Notes: generated from the letters alone by a model not told the origin. Positions 20,552-31,031 are shown, numbered from the stretch's first letter. The stretch: DNA of 64,000 bases from an uncultured Gammaproteobacteria bacterium (GCA_903928015.1 CAIYPF010000103.1:12602-76601); one strand, 5' to 3'. Numbers and translations: made by a program.

Positions 20552-22467
20552 TGCGGATGCCTGCCGTGCGCTCCGTGGTAGCTCGGCTTTGCTCGCTGCT
20601 CTTGCTGATCGCCCAGTGCGCCGCCGGAGCCGGGCCTGATCCGGCACCGGACTGCGAGGACCACAACCCGCTACGCAATCTGTACGTGGGTGATCTCCAC
20701 GTGCATACCGCGCTGTCGCTGGACGCGGCCACGCAGGACACCCGTGCGCGCCCTGCGGACGCCTATCGGTTTGCACGCGGCGAGCCACTGGGTGTGCAGC
20801 CCTACGATGCAGCGGGGGTGGCGTTGCGCAGCCAGCAGTTGCAGCGCCCGCTCGATTTTGCTGCAGTGACCGATCACTCGGAACTGCTCGGCGAGGTGGA
20901 GTTGTGCCGCACGCCGGGTTCGGCGAACTACGCGTCCTGGCAGTGTGTCCTGTACCGCCATTGGCCTCGCGGCGCCTATTACCTCTTCAATTATGTCGCC
21001 AGCAAGACGCACCGCCTCGGCAACTGCGGCGAGGACGGGGCGATATGCCGGGAGGCCGCAAGCGGGCCATGGAATGAAGTCCGTAGCGCGGCAGCGGATG
21101 CCAACGCGCCATGCCGCTTCAGCAGCTTCGTCGCCTACGAGTGGACGGGGGCCGAGGGAAACGGCAACAACATGCACCGCAACGTGATTTTCCGTGGAGC
21201 CGAGACGCCGCGGCTACCCGTGTCCTTTGTAGACAGTGGCAGCCCGGAGAGGCTGTGGCAGATGCTGGAGGATGAGTGCGCCGCCATCGGCCCGGGTTGC
21301 GATTGGCTTGCCGTCCCCCATAACTCGAATCTGAGCGGCGGAAAGATGTTCGGCCCCACGCGATCGGACGGTGTGCGCTTCAGCCGTGAGGACGCCCTGC
21401 GCCGAGCGCGAGCCGAGCCTCTCTTCGAGATCATGCAGCACAAGGGTGCCTCGGAGTGTGTGGCGGCTGCCGGTGAGGCTGGGGTCGGTGTGGATGAGGC
21501 CTGCGCTTTCGAGCAACTTCCTTACGACTCCTTTGCGGGACAGGTGCGCTCCTGGGAGGCGAAGCCCGGCACACACCGGACGGGTTTCTTTCGTGATGTG
21601 CTCCGGCTCGGTCTGGAGGTCGGAAGCGAGGTGGGTGCAGATCCCTTCCGGATGGGCGTGATAGGCAGTACGGATACCCATCTCGGTATCGCAGGAGCAA
21701 CCCAGGAGGAACGCTTCCTCGGGCACGGCGGTGCTGGCCAACCGGCTCGTGACGGTGTTCCTCCCGGGCTTCCCGACGCACTGGAATTCGGGCCTGGCGG
21801 CCTCGCGATGGTGTGGGCCGAGCAGAACACGCGAGACTCTCTCTTCGGGGCGCTGCGACGTCGGGAAACCTACGCCACGAGCGGCACCCGCCCGCAGTTG
21901 CGCGTGTTCGGTGGCTTCGACTACCCGAAGGATATCTGTTCCGATCCCGATCTCGTGCGCAAGGGTTACGAGGGCGGAGTCCCGATGGGGGGTGAACTCC
22001 ATCCTCCGGCAGTGAATGCACGAGCCCCGGTTTTTGTGGTGGCCGCAAGCCGTGATGCACTGGCTGGCCAACCGCTCGCGCAAGTGCAGCTGGTGAAGGG
22101 CTGGATCGGTGCGGACGGTCGCGCTGGTGAAACAGTGCTCGGGATCGCGCGTGCGGCGCGGGAATCTCAGCTCGATCCGGCAACATGCCAGAGTTCCGCA
22201 GGTGGCGAGGACCGCCTGTGCGCGCGCTGGGAAGACCCGGACTGGAAGCCCGGCGACAGGGCTTGGTACTACGCCCGCGTGCTGGAGAATCCCAGTTGTC
22301 GCTGGAGCCAGAAGCTCTGTGTCGCGGCAGGCGTTCGCTGCGGAGATCCGTCCACGATTGCCTCCGGATACGAGGCCTGCTGCAGTGCTTCTCACCAGAG
22401 CGTGATACAGGAGAGGGCGTGGAGTTCGCCGATATGGGTAGAGCCACGGGCGCAATCGGGTGGCTGA
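20551..22467 (+). CDS. Secreted DUF3604-family protein (PHP-like metal-dependent hydrolase fold predicted)
   Basis: N-terminal signal-like segment (ARLCSLLLLIAQCAAGAG). YVGDLHVHTALSLDA is an HxH motif characteristic of DUF3604/PHP-type proteins. About 638 aa. The start is ATG 20551 or TTG 20548. Confidence 0.7.
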   Translation: MRMPAVRSVVARLCSLLLLIAQCAAGAGPDPAPDCEDHNPLRNLYVGDLHVHTALSLDAATQDTRARPADAYRFARGEPLGVQPYDAAGVALRSQQLQRPLDFAAVTDHSELLGEVELCRTPGSANYASWQCVLYRHWPRGAYYLFNYVASKTHRLGNCGEDGAICREAASGPWNEVRSAAADANAPCRFSSFVAYEWTGAEGNGNNMHRNVIFRGAETPRLPVSFVDSGSPERLWQMLEDECAAIGPGCDWLAVPHNSNLSGGKMFGPTRSDGVRFSREDALRRARAEPLFEIMQHKGASECVAAAGEAGVGVDEACAFEQLPYDSFAGQVRSWEAKPGTHRTGFFRDVLRLGLEVGSEVGADPFRMGVIGSTDTHLGIAGATQEERFLGHGGAGQPARDGVPPGLPDALEFGPGGLAMVWAEQNTRDSLFGALRRRETYATSGTRPQLRVFGGFDYPKDICSDPDLVRKGYEGGVPMGGELHPPAVNARAPVFVVAASRDALAGQPLAQVQLVKGWIGADGRAGETVLGIARAARESQLDPATCQSSAGGEDRLCARWEDPDWKPGDRAWYYARVLENPSCRWSQKLCVAAGVRCGDPSTIASGYEACCSASHQSVIQERAWSSPIWVEPRAQSGG

Positions 22468-23425
22468 GCGTTTGCGTTCGTTGATTGCGTGGTTCAGTCG
22501 CGCGCGGACGCTGCACTTCCTGCTGGGCGGTCTGCTGCTATTTGTGCTGCTTGATGATCCCGAACGCCGGCATGCCGTCGAGCCGGCAAGCATTACGCCG
22601 GAGATGCAATCGCGCCTGCGCGCTGGCTGGATCGCCTCGACCGGCCGGGAGCCTTCGGCGGAGGAATTCGCGGCCGAACTCCGCCGGGAGCTCGATGACG
22701 AAATCCTTTTCCGGGAAGCCCTCGCTGCGGGCTTGCAGGAACGTGACGCCGTTGTCCGCCAGCGGCTCGTGATGAACATGCGTTTCCTCGCGCCCGATAG
22801 CGGCGAAGACGACGACGCGCTCGTGGCCCGGGCGATCCGCATGGATATGCACCGCAACGATCTGGTCGTTCGGCGACGGCTGGTGCAACTGATGGAGTTC
22901 GCTCTATCCGACGTCCCTGCTGATGCGCCGGTGTCTGATACCGAAGCCGCGCAGATGTACCAGAGCAGACGCACGGAATTGATCCTGCCTGCGCGCTGGC
23001 GTATCCGGCAGGTGTACTTCAGTTCCGAACGGCGAGGAGAGCACGCGGCAGACGACGCGGTCGCAGCTGCTCTGGGCTTGCGCGAGGCTCCGGGAGCTGC
23101 GCAGGCCGCAGCGACGATGGGGGACCCCTTTCTCGGGGGGCAGAGTCTTCCCTTGCTGACGGCCAATCAGCTTGAGGGGCAGTTCGGCAGCGGATTCGTG
23201 GAGGCCATGCGGCGTTGTCAGCCGCAGGTGTGGTGTGCACCCGTTGCCTCGAGTTTCGGTCAGCACGCGGTGTTGCTCGAAGAGTATGTGCCCGAGCGCC
23301 TGCCAGGGCTGGATGAGCCGGACGTGCGAGCGCGGATCGAGTCCGATGTCCGTCGCCTCAGAGCATCCGGGCGTCTGGAGCAGGGGCTCCGCGCACTGCG
23401 GCTCAAATACGGGGCGCTGAACTGA
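22460..23425 (+). CDS. Membrane-anchored parvulin (PpiC)-like protein, probably a periplasmic chaperone/PPIase-like protein
   Basis: GTG start overlapping the DUF3604 stop by 8 nt. One N-terminal TM (LHFLLGGLLLFVLL). The C-terminal region has a degenerate rotamase pattern (RIRQVYFSS...FGSGFVEAM...SSFGQHAVLLEE). Confidence 0.55.
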   Translation: MAERLRSLIAWFSRARTLHFLLGGLLLFVLLDDPERRHAVEPASITPEMQSRLRAGWIASTGREPSAEEFAAELRRELDDEILFREALAAGLQERDAVVRQRLVMNMRFLAPDSGEDDDALVARAIRMDMHRNDLVVRRRLVQLMEFALSDVPADAPVSDTEAAQMYQSRRTELILPARWRIRQVYFSSERRGEHAADDAVAAALGLREAPGAAQAAATMGDPFLGGQSLPLLTANQLEGQFGSGFVEAMRRCQPQVWCAPVASSFGQHAVLLEEYVPERLPGLDEPDVRARIESDVRRLRASGRLEQGLRALRLKYGALN

Positions 23426-24426
23426 TGGGCAGCTTCTGGCGCGGCATGTGTCTCAGCGTGCTGTGGGTGCTGGCATCTCCGGCGTTCGGGCACAAGCTCG
23501 CGCCCTCGCTGCTCGAGATCCACGAGACAGCGCCCGGTGAATACGATGTTTCATGGAAGACGCCGCGATTCTCGCCCACCCCGACGCCCATCGTTCCCCG
23601 CCTGCCGGAGAGCTGCCGCGATACCGGTGCGCACAGCGCGGTGTATGAGGGCACGGGCGTCAGAGTGCGGTGGAGCGTCAGTTGCCGTGATCCTCTCGCG
23701 GGAGCCCTGTTACAGGTCGATGGTCTCGCAGAGAACCAGTCCGCCGCGCTGGTGCGGGTCGAGTGGGTGGCAGGCTCCGTCTCGCAGGGATTGCTGAACG
23801 GCAGCCAGCCCGGGTTCCGTGTGCCGGAGCCTGCAGGGCCCTTCAAGGTAGTGTCGGACTACGCGCGTCTCGGGATCGGACACATCCTGGGTGGCGCGGA
23901 CCATCTGCTATTCGTGCTTGGTTTGCTGTTGCTGGCAGGCAGCGGCAGGCAACTGGTTTTCACGATTACCGCCTTTACCGCCGGGCACAGCGTGACCTTG
24001 GCGTTGGCCGCGCTTGGTGTCCTGCGCTATCCGGTGGATCTGGTGGAATTCGGGATTTCGCTCAGCATCCTTGTGGTTGCGGTCGAGCTGGGCCGCGGGG
24101 CATCTGATGGTGCGCACATCCTGCGTCGCTTTCCGTGGGGGGCTGCAGCGCTGTTCGGTCTTCTCCACGGCATGGGTTTCGCCGGCGCCCTGCGCGACGC
24201 CGGGCTACCGGACGGCGACATTCCCCTCGCGCTGCTCAGTTTCAATGCCGGCATCGAACTCGGGCAGCTCGCGTTTGTTGGCGCTGCGATGCTGCTCGCG
24301 GCGCTTTTCCGGCGTACGCCGCTTGCGCGGCATGCCTGGCTGGGTTGGGTGCCCGTGTACCTGATCGGTGTGCTCTCGGCATACTGGTGCATCGAGCGGG
24401 GCCTGAGCGCCCTTGCAACTTTCTGA
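23425..24426 (+). CDS. HupE/UreJ-family membrane protein (HupE_UreJ_2 type) with an N-terminal periplasmic domain
   Basis: TGATG overlap with the upstream gene. Signal peptide ending AFG|HKL, a soluble region of about 130 aa, then GHILGGADHLLFVLGLLLL and multiple TMs typical of the family. Confidence 0.7.
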   Translation: MGSFWRGMCLSVLWVLASPAFGHKLAPSLLEIHETAPGEYDVSWKTPRFSPTPTPIVPRLPESCRDTGAHSAVYEGTGVRVRWSVSCRDPLAGALLQVDGLAENQSAALVRVEWVAGSVSQGLLNGSQPGFRVPEPAGPFKVVSDYARLGIGHILGGADHLLFVLGLLLLAGSGRQLVFTITAFTAGHSVTLALAALGVLRYPVDLVEFGISLSILVVAVELGRGASDGAHILRRFPWGAAALFGLLHGMGFAGALRDAGLPDGDIPLALLSFNAGIELGQLAFVGAAMLLAALFRRTPLARHAWLGWVPVYLIGVLSAYWCIERGLSALATF

Positions 24427-24450
24427 TCCGAACGGAGCTCCGGCATCGGC

Positions 24451-24825
24451 ATGTTCACAAGGTCCAACCCATCCGCAAACGGCCTCTTACGGGTTGTTTT
24501 TCTGGTGTTGCTGTTGCTGGTGTCCATCGGCTCGGTAATGGATTTCGGGTCCACGCCGGCTGCAGCGCTGAACGACAAGCTCCAGCACATCCTCGCCTTC
24601 GCTGCGCTGGGTGGTCTGGGTGGGGCGGGCTGGCCACTTCGTCATCGCTGGGCCTTTGTTCTGCCGTTGCTGCTGGGCTACGGGCTCCTGATCGAGTGCG
24701 TCCAGTGGTTCCTGCCGTGGCGCGAGTTTTCGATGCTGGATCTTGCCGCTGACCTGGTCGGTCTGCTGTTGGCGCTTGGAGCTCTGGAGTGGCGTGTCCG
24801 TGGCAGGGCGGAGTCGGGCGCTTGA
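24451..24825 (+). CDS. VanZ-family membrane protein
   Basis: 124 aa with 4 TM. The NDKLQHILAFAALGG and IECVQWFLPWREFSMLDLAADLVG pattern is typical of VanZ-like proteins. Confidence 0.6.
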   Translation: MFTRSNPSANGLLRVVFLVLLLLVSIGSVMDFGSTPAAALNDKLQHILAFAALGGLGGAGWPLRHRWAFVLPLLLGYGLLIECVQWFLPWREFSMLDLAADLVGLLLALGALEWRVRGRAESGA

Positions 24826-25277
24826 AGGAATTGCTGATCGTCTACCACACGCAAAGCGGAGCGACATTGCAGCTCGCTCACGCGGCTCTGGACGGTGCGC
24901 GTAGCGAGGCAGACTGCCGCAGCCTGATGCTTCCGGCCTTTGAGGCGGGCGCGGATGACCTCCGGGCAGCAGACGGGCTGGTTCTCTGCACGCCAGAGAA
25001 TTTCGGCTACATCTCCGGTGGCATGAAGGATTTCTTCGATCGGACGTTCTATGCGGTGCAGGCCGAGCAGTTGAACCGCGCTTGCGCTCTGATTATCAGT
25101 GCGGGCAACGATGGCAGCGGCGCGCTGCGGCAGATGCAGCGCATCCTCCGCGGCTACCCGATGCGCGAAGTGGTCGAACCACTCGTTTTACACGGCCCCC
25201 CGGATCCGGCGGCGCTGCTGAAGGCGTACGAAACCGGTGCCGCGCTCGCGGCCGGGCTTGCCTTGGGCATTTTCTGA
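24822..25277 (+). CDS. Flavodoxin-like / NAD(P)H-dependent FMN reductase family protein
   Basis: LLIVYHTQSGATLQLA N-terminus (flavodoxin-like phosphate loop) and LVLCTPENFGYISGGMKDFFDR. The likely TTG start at 24822 overlaps the vanZ-like stop; the ORF-track start is 24789. Confidence 0.55.
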   Translation: MKELLIVYHTQSGATLQLAHAALDGARSEADCRSLMLPAFEAGADDLRAADGLVLCTPENFGYISGGMKDFFDRTFYAVQAEQLNRACALIISAGNDGSGALRQMQRILRGYPMREVVEPLVLHGPPDPAALLKAYETGAALAAGLALGIF

Positions 25278-25298
25278 GAAGTTTGCGGAGAGTCATCC

Positions 25299-26267
25299 AT
25301 GCATATCGAATCCGCCGAGGAGCAGGTCCTCGCCACCTTGCGTGACTGGCTTCGCGAGGGAGAGCGTGCATGGCTGTGCACCATTGTCGAGATCGCGGGC
25401 TCCTCGCCGCGCCCCTTGGGCACCCTGATGGCCTGCGCCGGAGAGGGTCCGCAGGCGGGCTCCCTCTCGGGTGGCTGCGTCGAGGAGGATCTCATCGACC
25501 GGCTGCGCAACGGTCGGGTCGCGGCGACGGGGCCGGAACTGTGCACCTATGGACTGAGTGCCGAAGAGAACGAGCGCCTCGGCTTGCCTTGCGGTGGACG
25601 GCTGACTGTCATGGTCGAGCCGGTGCGTGAGGGCTCCCACGGTGGGCACATCGACGAGCTCCTGAGGGCCCTGGCAGCACGCTCCTGCGTTACGCGCGCC
25701 GTACGTCTCGAAGGCGGTGCTTGCAGCACTCGGCAGGCAGACGCGGTGGCTCCATTGGTGATCGAGGGCGGCGTGCTCAGCCACACGCTGGGCCCGCGCT
25801 TCAGGCTTCTGCTGATCGGCGCTGGCCAACTGGCCCAGAGCCTCTCGCTTCTCGCCAGCATGCTCGACTACCGCGTCGTCGTATGTGATCCGCGGCGTCA
25901 GGCAATCGATGCCTGGCGCGGGCCGCAGGTCGAGTTGGTGTGCGCCATGCCGGATGACTACCTGCGCGAAGCCGGTGTCGACCGCCATACCGCGATCATC
26001 ACCCTCACCCACGATCCGCGCATCGATGACATGGCATTGATGGAGGCCCTGGGTCTGGATGCCTTCTATGTTGGCGCCCTCGGTTCGCCGAGGACGTCGG
26101 AGAAGCGACGCGAGCGCCTTCGCCAACTCGATATCCCCGACGCTCGGCTCGCGCGCTTGCACGCTCCCGTCGGCCTTCCGATCGGAAGCAAGCAACCCCT
26201 GGAGATCGCCATAGCGATCCTCGCGCAATTGATCGAGCTGCGGCGCGGCGGAGGTCTTTCCGGGTGA
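25299..26267 (+). CDS. XdhC/CoxI-family molybdoenzyme maturation (accessory) protein
   Basis: N-terminal XdhC_CoxI region (LCTIVEIAGSSPRPLGTLMA) plus a C-terminal Rossmann-like region (FRLLLIGAGQLAQSL...HDPRIDDMAL). Confidence 0.75.
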   Translation: MHIESAEEQVLATLRDWLREGERAWLCTIVEIAGSSPRPLGTLMACAGEGPQAGSLSGGCVEEDLIDRLRNGRVAATGPELCTYGLSAEENERLGLPCGGRLTVMVEPVREGSHGGHIDELLRALAARSCVTRAVRLEGGACSTRQADAVAPLVIEGGVLSHTLGPRFRLLLIGAGQLAQSLSLLASMLDYRVVVCDPRRQAIDAWRGPQVELVCAMPDDYLREAGVDRHTAIITLTHDPRIDDMALMEALGLDAFYVGALGSPRTSEKRRERLRQLDIPDARLARLHAPVGLPIGSKQPLEIAIAILAQLIELRRGGGLSG

Positions 26268-26854
26268 GCGCGCCTCGTGTCGGAGGTGTGCTGCTCGCCG
26301 CTGGCAAGGGGAGGCGTTTTGGCTCGGACAAGCGCTTTGCGCTGACGGGGGACGGGCAGACCCTTCTTGCGCGCTCGGCGGCAGTGCTTGCGAGCGCGGT
26401 GGATGCCTGCCTGCTGGTGGTCGGGCGTGACGATGATCCCGACGCCTTTGCCGCGAGCCTGCCCGGTTGGTCGGTTGTGCGCGCGGCGGACTCTGCGTCG
26501 GGTATGGGCGCCTCTCTGGCGGCAGCGGTGCGCGCCGTACCCGCGGACTGGGACGGCTGTCTGGTCGCGCTTGCCGACAAAGCCTTCGTCCGGCCCGAGA
26601 CCGTGCTCGCCGTGCGAAGGGCGTTGGCCGAAGAGATCGTCGTTCCCTGTCACCGGGGCGAGTGGGGGCATCCCGTGGGCTTTCCCCGCAGGTTGTTCCC
26701 CGCACTCTCGGCTTTGTCGGGTGACGCCGGGGCCAGGCAACTCATCGTCTCTGAAGGCCTGCGCTGCCGCTTCCTTGAGCTCCCCGACCCGGGCATCGTG
26801 CTGGATGTGGATACGCCCGAGGCCTTGCTGACCATCGCGTCTCAACTTTCCTGA
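26264..26854 (+). CDS. MobA/MocA-like nucleotidyltransferase (molybdenum cofactor cytidylyl/guanylyl-transferase family)
   Basis: GTGA overlap with the xdhC-like gene. GVLLAAGKGRRFGSDKRF is the NTP-transferase P-loop-like motif of MobA/MocA. Confidence 0.7.
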   Translation: MSAPRVGGVLLAAGKGRRFGSDKRFALTGDGQTLLARSAAVLASAVDACLLVVGRDDDPDAFAASLPGWSVVRAADSASGMGASLAAAVRAVPADWDGCLVALADKAFVRPETVLAVRRALAEEIVVPCHRGEWGHPVGFPRRLFPALSALSGDAGARQLIVSEGLRCRFLELPDPGIVLDVDTPEALLTIASQLS

Positions 26855-27729
26855 GCAGGGGCTTCGGCGTCCAGAAGGCCGAGCAAGGCGCGCGCGGCAT
26901 TCGAGAGGCTGCGTTCGCGATGAACCACATAGCCCAGCTCGCGGCGCATCGCCGTACCCGCCAGTTCCAGCTTCACGAGATCCTGCGTGAGCATCGTGTC
27001 AGGCAGTACTGACCAGCCCAGCCCGATGGCGGCTAGCATCCGCAGGGTCTCGAGGTAATTGGTCGACATCCCGATGTTCAGGCGCGCACCGCGTGCGGCG
27101 AACAAGGACTGCAGGATTTGTCCGGTGTAGGTACCCGGACCGGGAAGCACGGCGGGCCAGGCAGCGAGGGACTCCACGTCAACCTCGGTTTCCCCCGCCA
27201 GTGGATGGTCGCAGGCCACCATCAGCGACAGCGGGTCGTCCCAGATCGGGGTCGAGCGCAGGCGCGGATCGGTAGCCTGCGGGTCGAGTGTCACCACCGC
27301 AAGCTCGAGTTTTCCGGCCGCGACTGCCTCATGCGCCTTTTCCGAGTCCATGAAGCGGATTTCGAGTTCCACGCCCGGATGGTTGCGGGCAAAGCTGCGC
27401 AGCACCGGGGGCAAGCGGTGGAGCCCCACGTGATGGCTGGTGCCGATGGCGAGATTTCCGCCTACCGTGCCTGGGATTTCCCGGAGAGACCTCTCGGCAT
27501 CGGAAATCTCGCGGAGGATCCTGTTCGCCCGTGGTAACAGCGTTTGCCCTGCCTCTGTTGTGGAAACACTGCGTCCGATGCGATCGAAGAGACGGGTGCC
27601 GAGGACGCTCTCGAGCCCGGCGATCCGCTTGCTAACGGCGGGTTGGGTCAGGCGCAGTCTTTCAGCTGCCATCGAGAACGAGCCGGTCTCGGCGACCGCA
27701 ACGAATGCACGAAGTGCGTGTGTGTCCAT
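26842..27729 (-). CDS. LysR-family transcriptional regulator, divergent from leuC
   Basis: N-terminal wHTH (LRAFVAVAETGSFSMAAERLRLTQPAVSKRIAGLE) and a C-terminal substrate-binding domain. 295 aa. Confidence 0.9.
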   Translation of the reverse strand: MDTHALRAFVAVAETGSFSMAAERLRLTQPAVSKRIAGLESVLGTRLFDRIGRSVSTTEAGQTLLPRANRILREISDAERSLREIPGTVGGNLAIGTSHHVGLHRLPPVLRSFARNHPGVELEIRFMDSEKAHEAVAAGKLELAVVTLDPQATDPRLRSTPIWDDPLSLMVACDHPLAGETEVDVESLAAWPAVLPGPGTYTGQILQSLFAARGARLNIGMSTNYLETLRMLAAIGLGWSVLPDTMLTQDLVKLELAGTAMRRELGYVVHRERSLSNAARALLGLLDAEAPAQES

Positions 27730-27851
27730 GCGCGATGTCCAAAGAAATCGATTTCGGATTCGATCACGGAATGCATATCATGAAAAACATGAATTTGTGT
27801 TATCTGTGGCTGCTTCACTAGACTGCGGCCATCAACGAAGGGGAGTCATCG

Positions 27852-29279
27852 ATGGCCCGCACGCTCTACGACAAGCTCTGGGATGCGCACCTCGTGCATC
27901 AACGTGATGACGGCACGGCCTTGCTGTACATCGATCGCCACCTGATCCACGAGGTCACCTCGCCGCAGGCCTTCGAGGGACTCGCTTTGGCCGGACGGGC
28001 CCCGTGGCGGCTTGCGGCAAACCTCGCTGTCCCGGACCACAACGTCTCCACCGATCCGCAGGAGCGGCGTGGCGGTTACGCGGCGATGACCGATGAGGTC
28101 TCACGTATCCAGCTGCAGACCCTGGACGACAACTGCAAGCGCTTCGGCATTCATGAGATCCCGCTGGCCGATCGCCGGCAGGGGATTGTCCATGTCGTTG
28201 GTCCCGAGACTGGCGCAGTGTTGCCTGGCATGACCGTGGTCTGCGGTGATTCGCACACCTCGACGCACGGCGCCCTCGGCTGTCTTGCGCACGGGATAGG
28301 CACCAGCGAGGTCGAGCACGTGCTCGCGACCCAGTGCCTGGTTACCCGCAAGATGAAGAACATGCTGGTCCGGGTCGACGGGCGCTTGGGCGCTGGTGTG
28401 ACTGCAAAAGACCTCGTGCTGGCGGTGATCGGCGAAATCGGCACGGCCGGTGGGACGGGTTATGCGATTGAATTCGGTGGCGAGGCTGTCCGCGCGCTGT
28501 CGATGGAAGGGCGCATGACGGTCTGCAACATGGCGATCGAGGCCGGCGCTCGTGCCGGACTTGTGGCGGTCGACGAGAGCACGATCACGTATGTCAAAGG
28601 GCGCGAATTTGCTCCCCAAGGCGAGATATGGGAACAGGCCGTGGCCGTTTGGCAGGGCCTGCACAGCGATGAGGCTGCGAGCTTCGATCGGGTGGTCGTG
28701 CTCGATGCCTCGCGCATCGAACCTCAGGTCACCTGGGGTAATTCTCCTGAAATGGTTCTCGGGATATCGGGGCAAGTTCCTGATCCATCAGTGATTTCAG
28801 ATCTGGATCGACGCGGAAGTGTGGAGCGTGCCCTGTCTTATATGGGCCTCCGTGCAGGGCAGTCGATCACGGATATCGCGCTCGACCGGGTGTTCATAGG
28901 GTCGTGTACCAATTCCCGCATCGAGGATCTCCGCGATGCCGCTGTCGTGGCGCGAGGTCGGCACAAGGCATCCAGTGTCAAACAGGTTCTGGTGGTCCCC
29001 GGCTCCGGTCAGGTCAAGGCGCAAGCCGAGGCCGAGGGGCTGGACAGGATCTTCCTCGATGCCGGCTTTGAGTGGCGCGAGCCCGGATGTTCCATGTGCC
29101 TTGCCATGAACGCCGACAAGTTGATGCCAGGCGAGCATTGCGCCTCGACCTCCAACCGGAATTTCGAAGGGCGTCAGGGCTTTGGTGGGCGTACACATCT
29201 TGTCAGTCCGGCGATGGCGGCAGCGGCAGCAATCTCTGGCACATTCGTCGACGTCCGCCAGATGCTGGCGGGGGAGTAG
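27852..29279 (+). CDS. leuC: 3-isopropylmalate dehydratase large subunit
   Basis: [16 protein letters not shown]-terminus and aconitase-family Cys ligand motifs ([15 protein letters not shown]). GGGGAG RBS upstream. Confidence 0.95.
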   Translation: MARTLYDKLWDAHLVHQRDDGTALLYIDRHLIHEVTSPQAFEGLALAGRAPWRLAANLAVPDHNVSTDPQERRGGYAAMTDEVSRIQLQTLDDNCKRFGIHEIPLADRRQGIVHVVGPETGAVLPGMTVVCGDSHTSTHGALGCLAHGIGTSEVEHVLATQCLVTRKMKNMLVRVDGRLGAGVTAKDLVLAVIGEIGTAGGTGYAIEFGGEAVRALSMEGRMTVCNMAIEAGARAGLVAVDESTITYVKGREFAPQGEIWEQAVAVWQGLHSDEAASFDRVVVLDASRIEPQVTWGNSPEMVLGISGQVPDPSVISDLDRRGSVERALSYMGLRAGQSITDIALDRVFIGSCTNSRIEDLRDAAVVARGRHKASSVKQVLVVPGSGQVKAQAEAEGLDRIFLDAGFEWREPGCSMCLAMNADKLMPGEHCASTSNRNFEGRQGFGGRTHLVSPAMAAAAAISGTFVDVRQMLAGE

Positions 29280-29285
29280 AAACAG

Positions 29286-29933
29286 ATGCAGTCCTTCAAT
29301 GTGCATACCGGTTTGGTCGCCCCCATCGACCGCGCGAATGTCGACACGGACCTGATCATCCCGAAGCAGTTCCTCAAGTCGATCCGCCGGGCCGGTTTCG
29401 GTCCCAATCTGTTCGACTCGTTGCGCTATCTGGACGAGGGGCAGCCTGACCAGGATTGCTCCTCCAGGCCCCTTAACCCTGACTTCGTTCTCAATGCCCA
29501 GCGCTACGCAGGCGCTAGCATCCTGTTGGCGCGGCAGAATTTCGGCTGCGGCTCCAGCCGCGAGCACGCCCCATGGGCGCTCGAGGACTTCGGTATTCGC
29601 GTAATCATTGCCCCCAGTTTTGCGGACATATTTTTCAACAATTGCTTCAAGAATGGTTTGTTACCCATTGTTATTGAAGCAGAAATAGTCGAGTCTCTGT
29701 TTGCCGTCACCGGTGCCAACGAGGGATATTCCCTCACCGTTGATCTGCCGGCCCAGGAAGTGCGAGGCCCTGAGGGTCTTCGGATTCCCTTCGAGGTTGA
29801 TTCCTTCCGCAAACATTGCCTTCTGAATGGTTTGGACGATATCGGTCTCACACTGGAAGAGTCTGCGCGGATTCGGGATTTCGAGGCGGCGCATCTCAAG
29901 CGGTGGCCTTGGCTCGACCGGCAGACTGCTTAA
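29286..29933 (+). CDS. leuD: 3-isopropylmalate dehydratase small subunit
   Basis: [15 protein letters not shown] and [19 protein letters not shown] motifs. Follows leuC by 6 nt. Confidence 0.95.
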   Translation: MQSFNVHTGLVAPIDRANVDTDLIIPKQFLKSIRRAGFGPNLFDSLRYLDEGQPDQDCSSRPLNPDFVLNAQRYAGASILLARQNFGCGSSREHAPWALEDFGIRVIIAPSFADIFFNNCFKNGLLPIVIEAEIVESLFAVTGANEGYSLTVDLPAQEVRGPEGLRIPFEVDSFRKHCLLNGLDDIGLTLEESARIRDFEAAHLKRWPWLDRQTA

Positions 29934-29945
29934 CGTTTCTCATGA

Positions 29946-31031
<1,086 letters not shown>

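Noticed and set aside
21214-23166. 650-aa minus-strand ORF antisense to the DUF3604 and parvulin-like genes
   Set aside because: Its composition is Arg/Ser/Ala-dominated and it has no domains. The opposite strand carries motif-supported genes with coupled starts and stops. I treat it as a shadow ORF.
25299-26854. XdhC/MocA pair as part of the selenium-dependent molybdenum hydroxylase trait (YqeB/YqeC-like) linked to selD
   Set aside because: The XdhC homologue is ordinary in length (322 aa, not the longer YqeB type). No YqeC-like gene is present, and selD lies about 34 kb away in a different transcriptional context.
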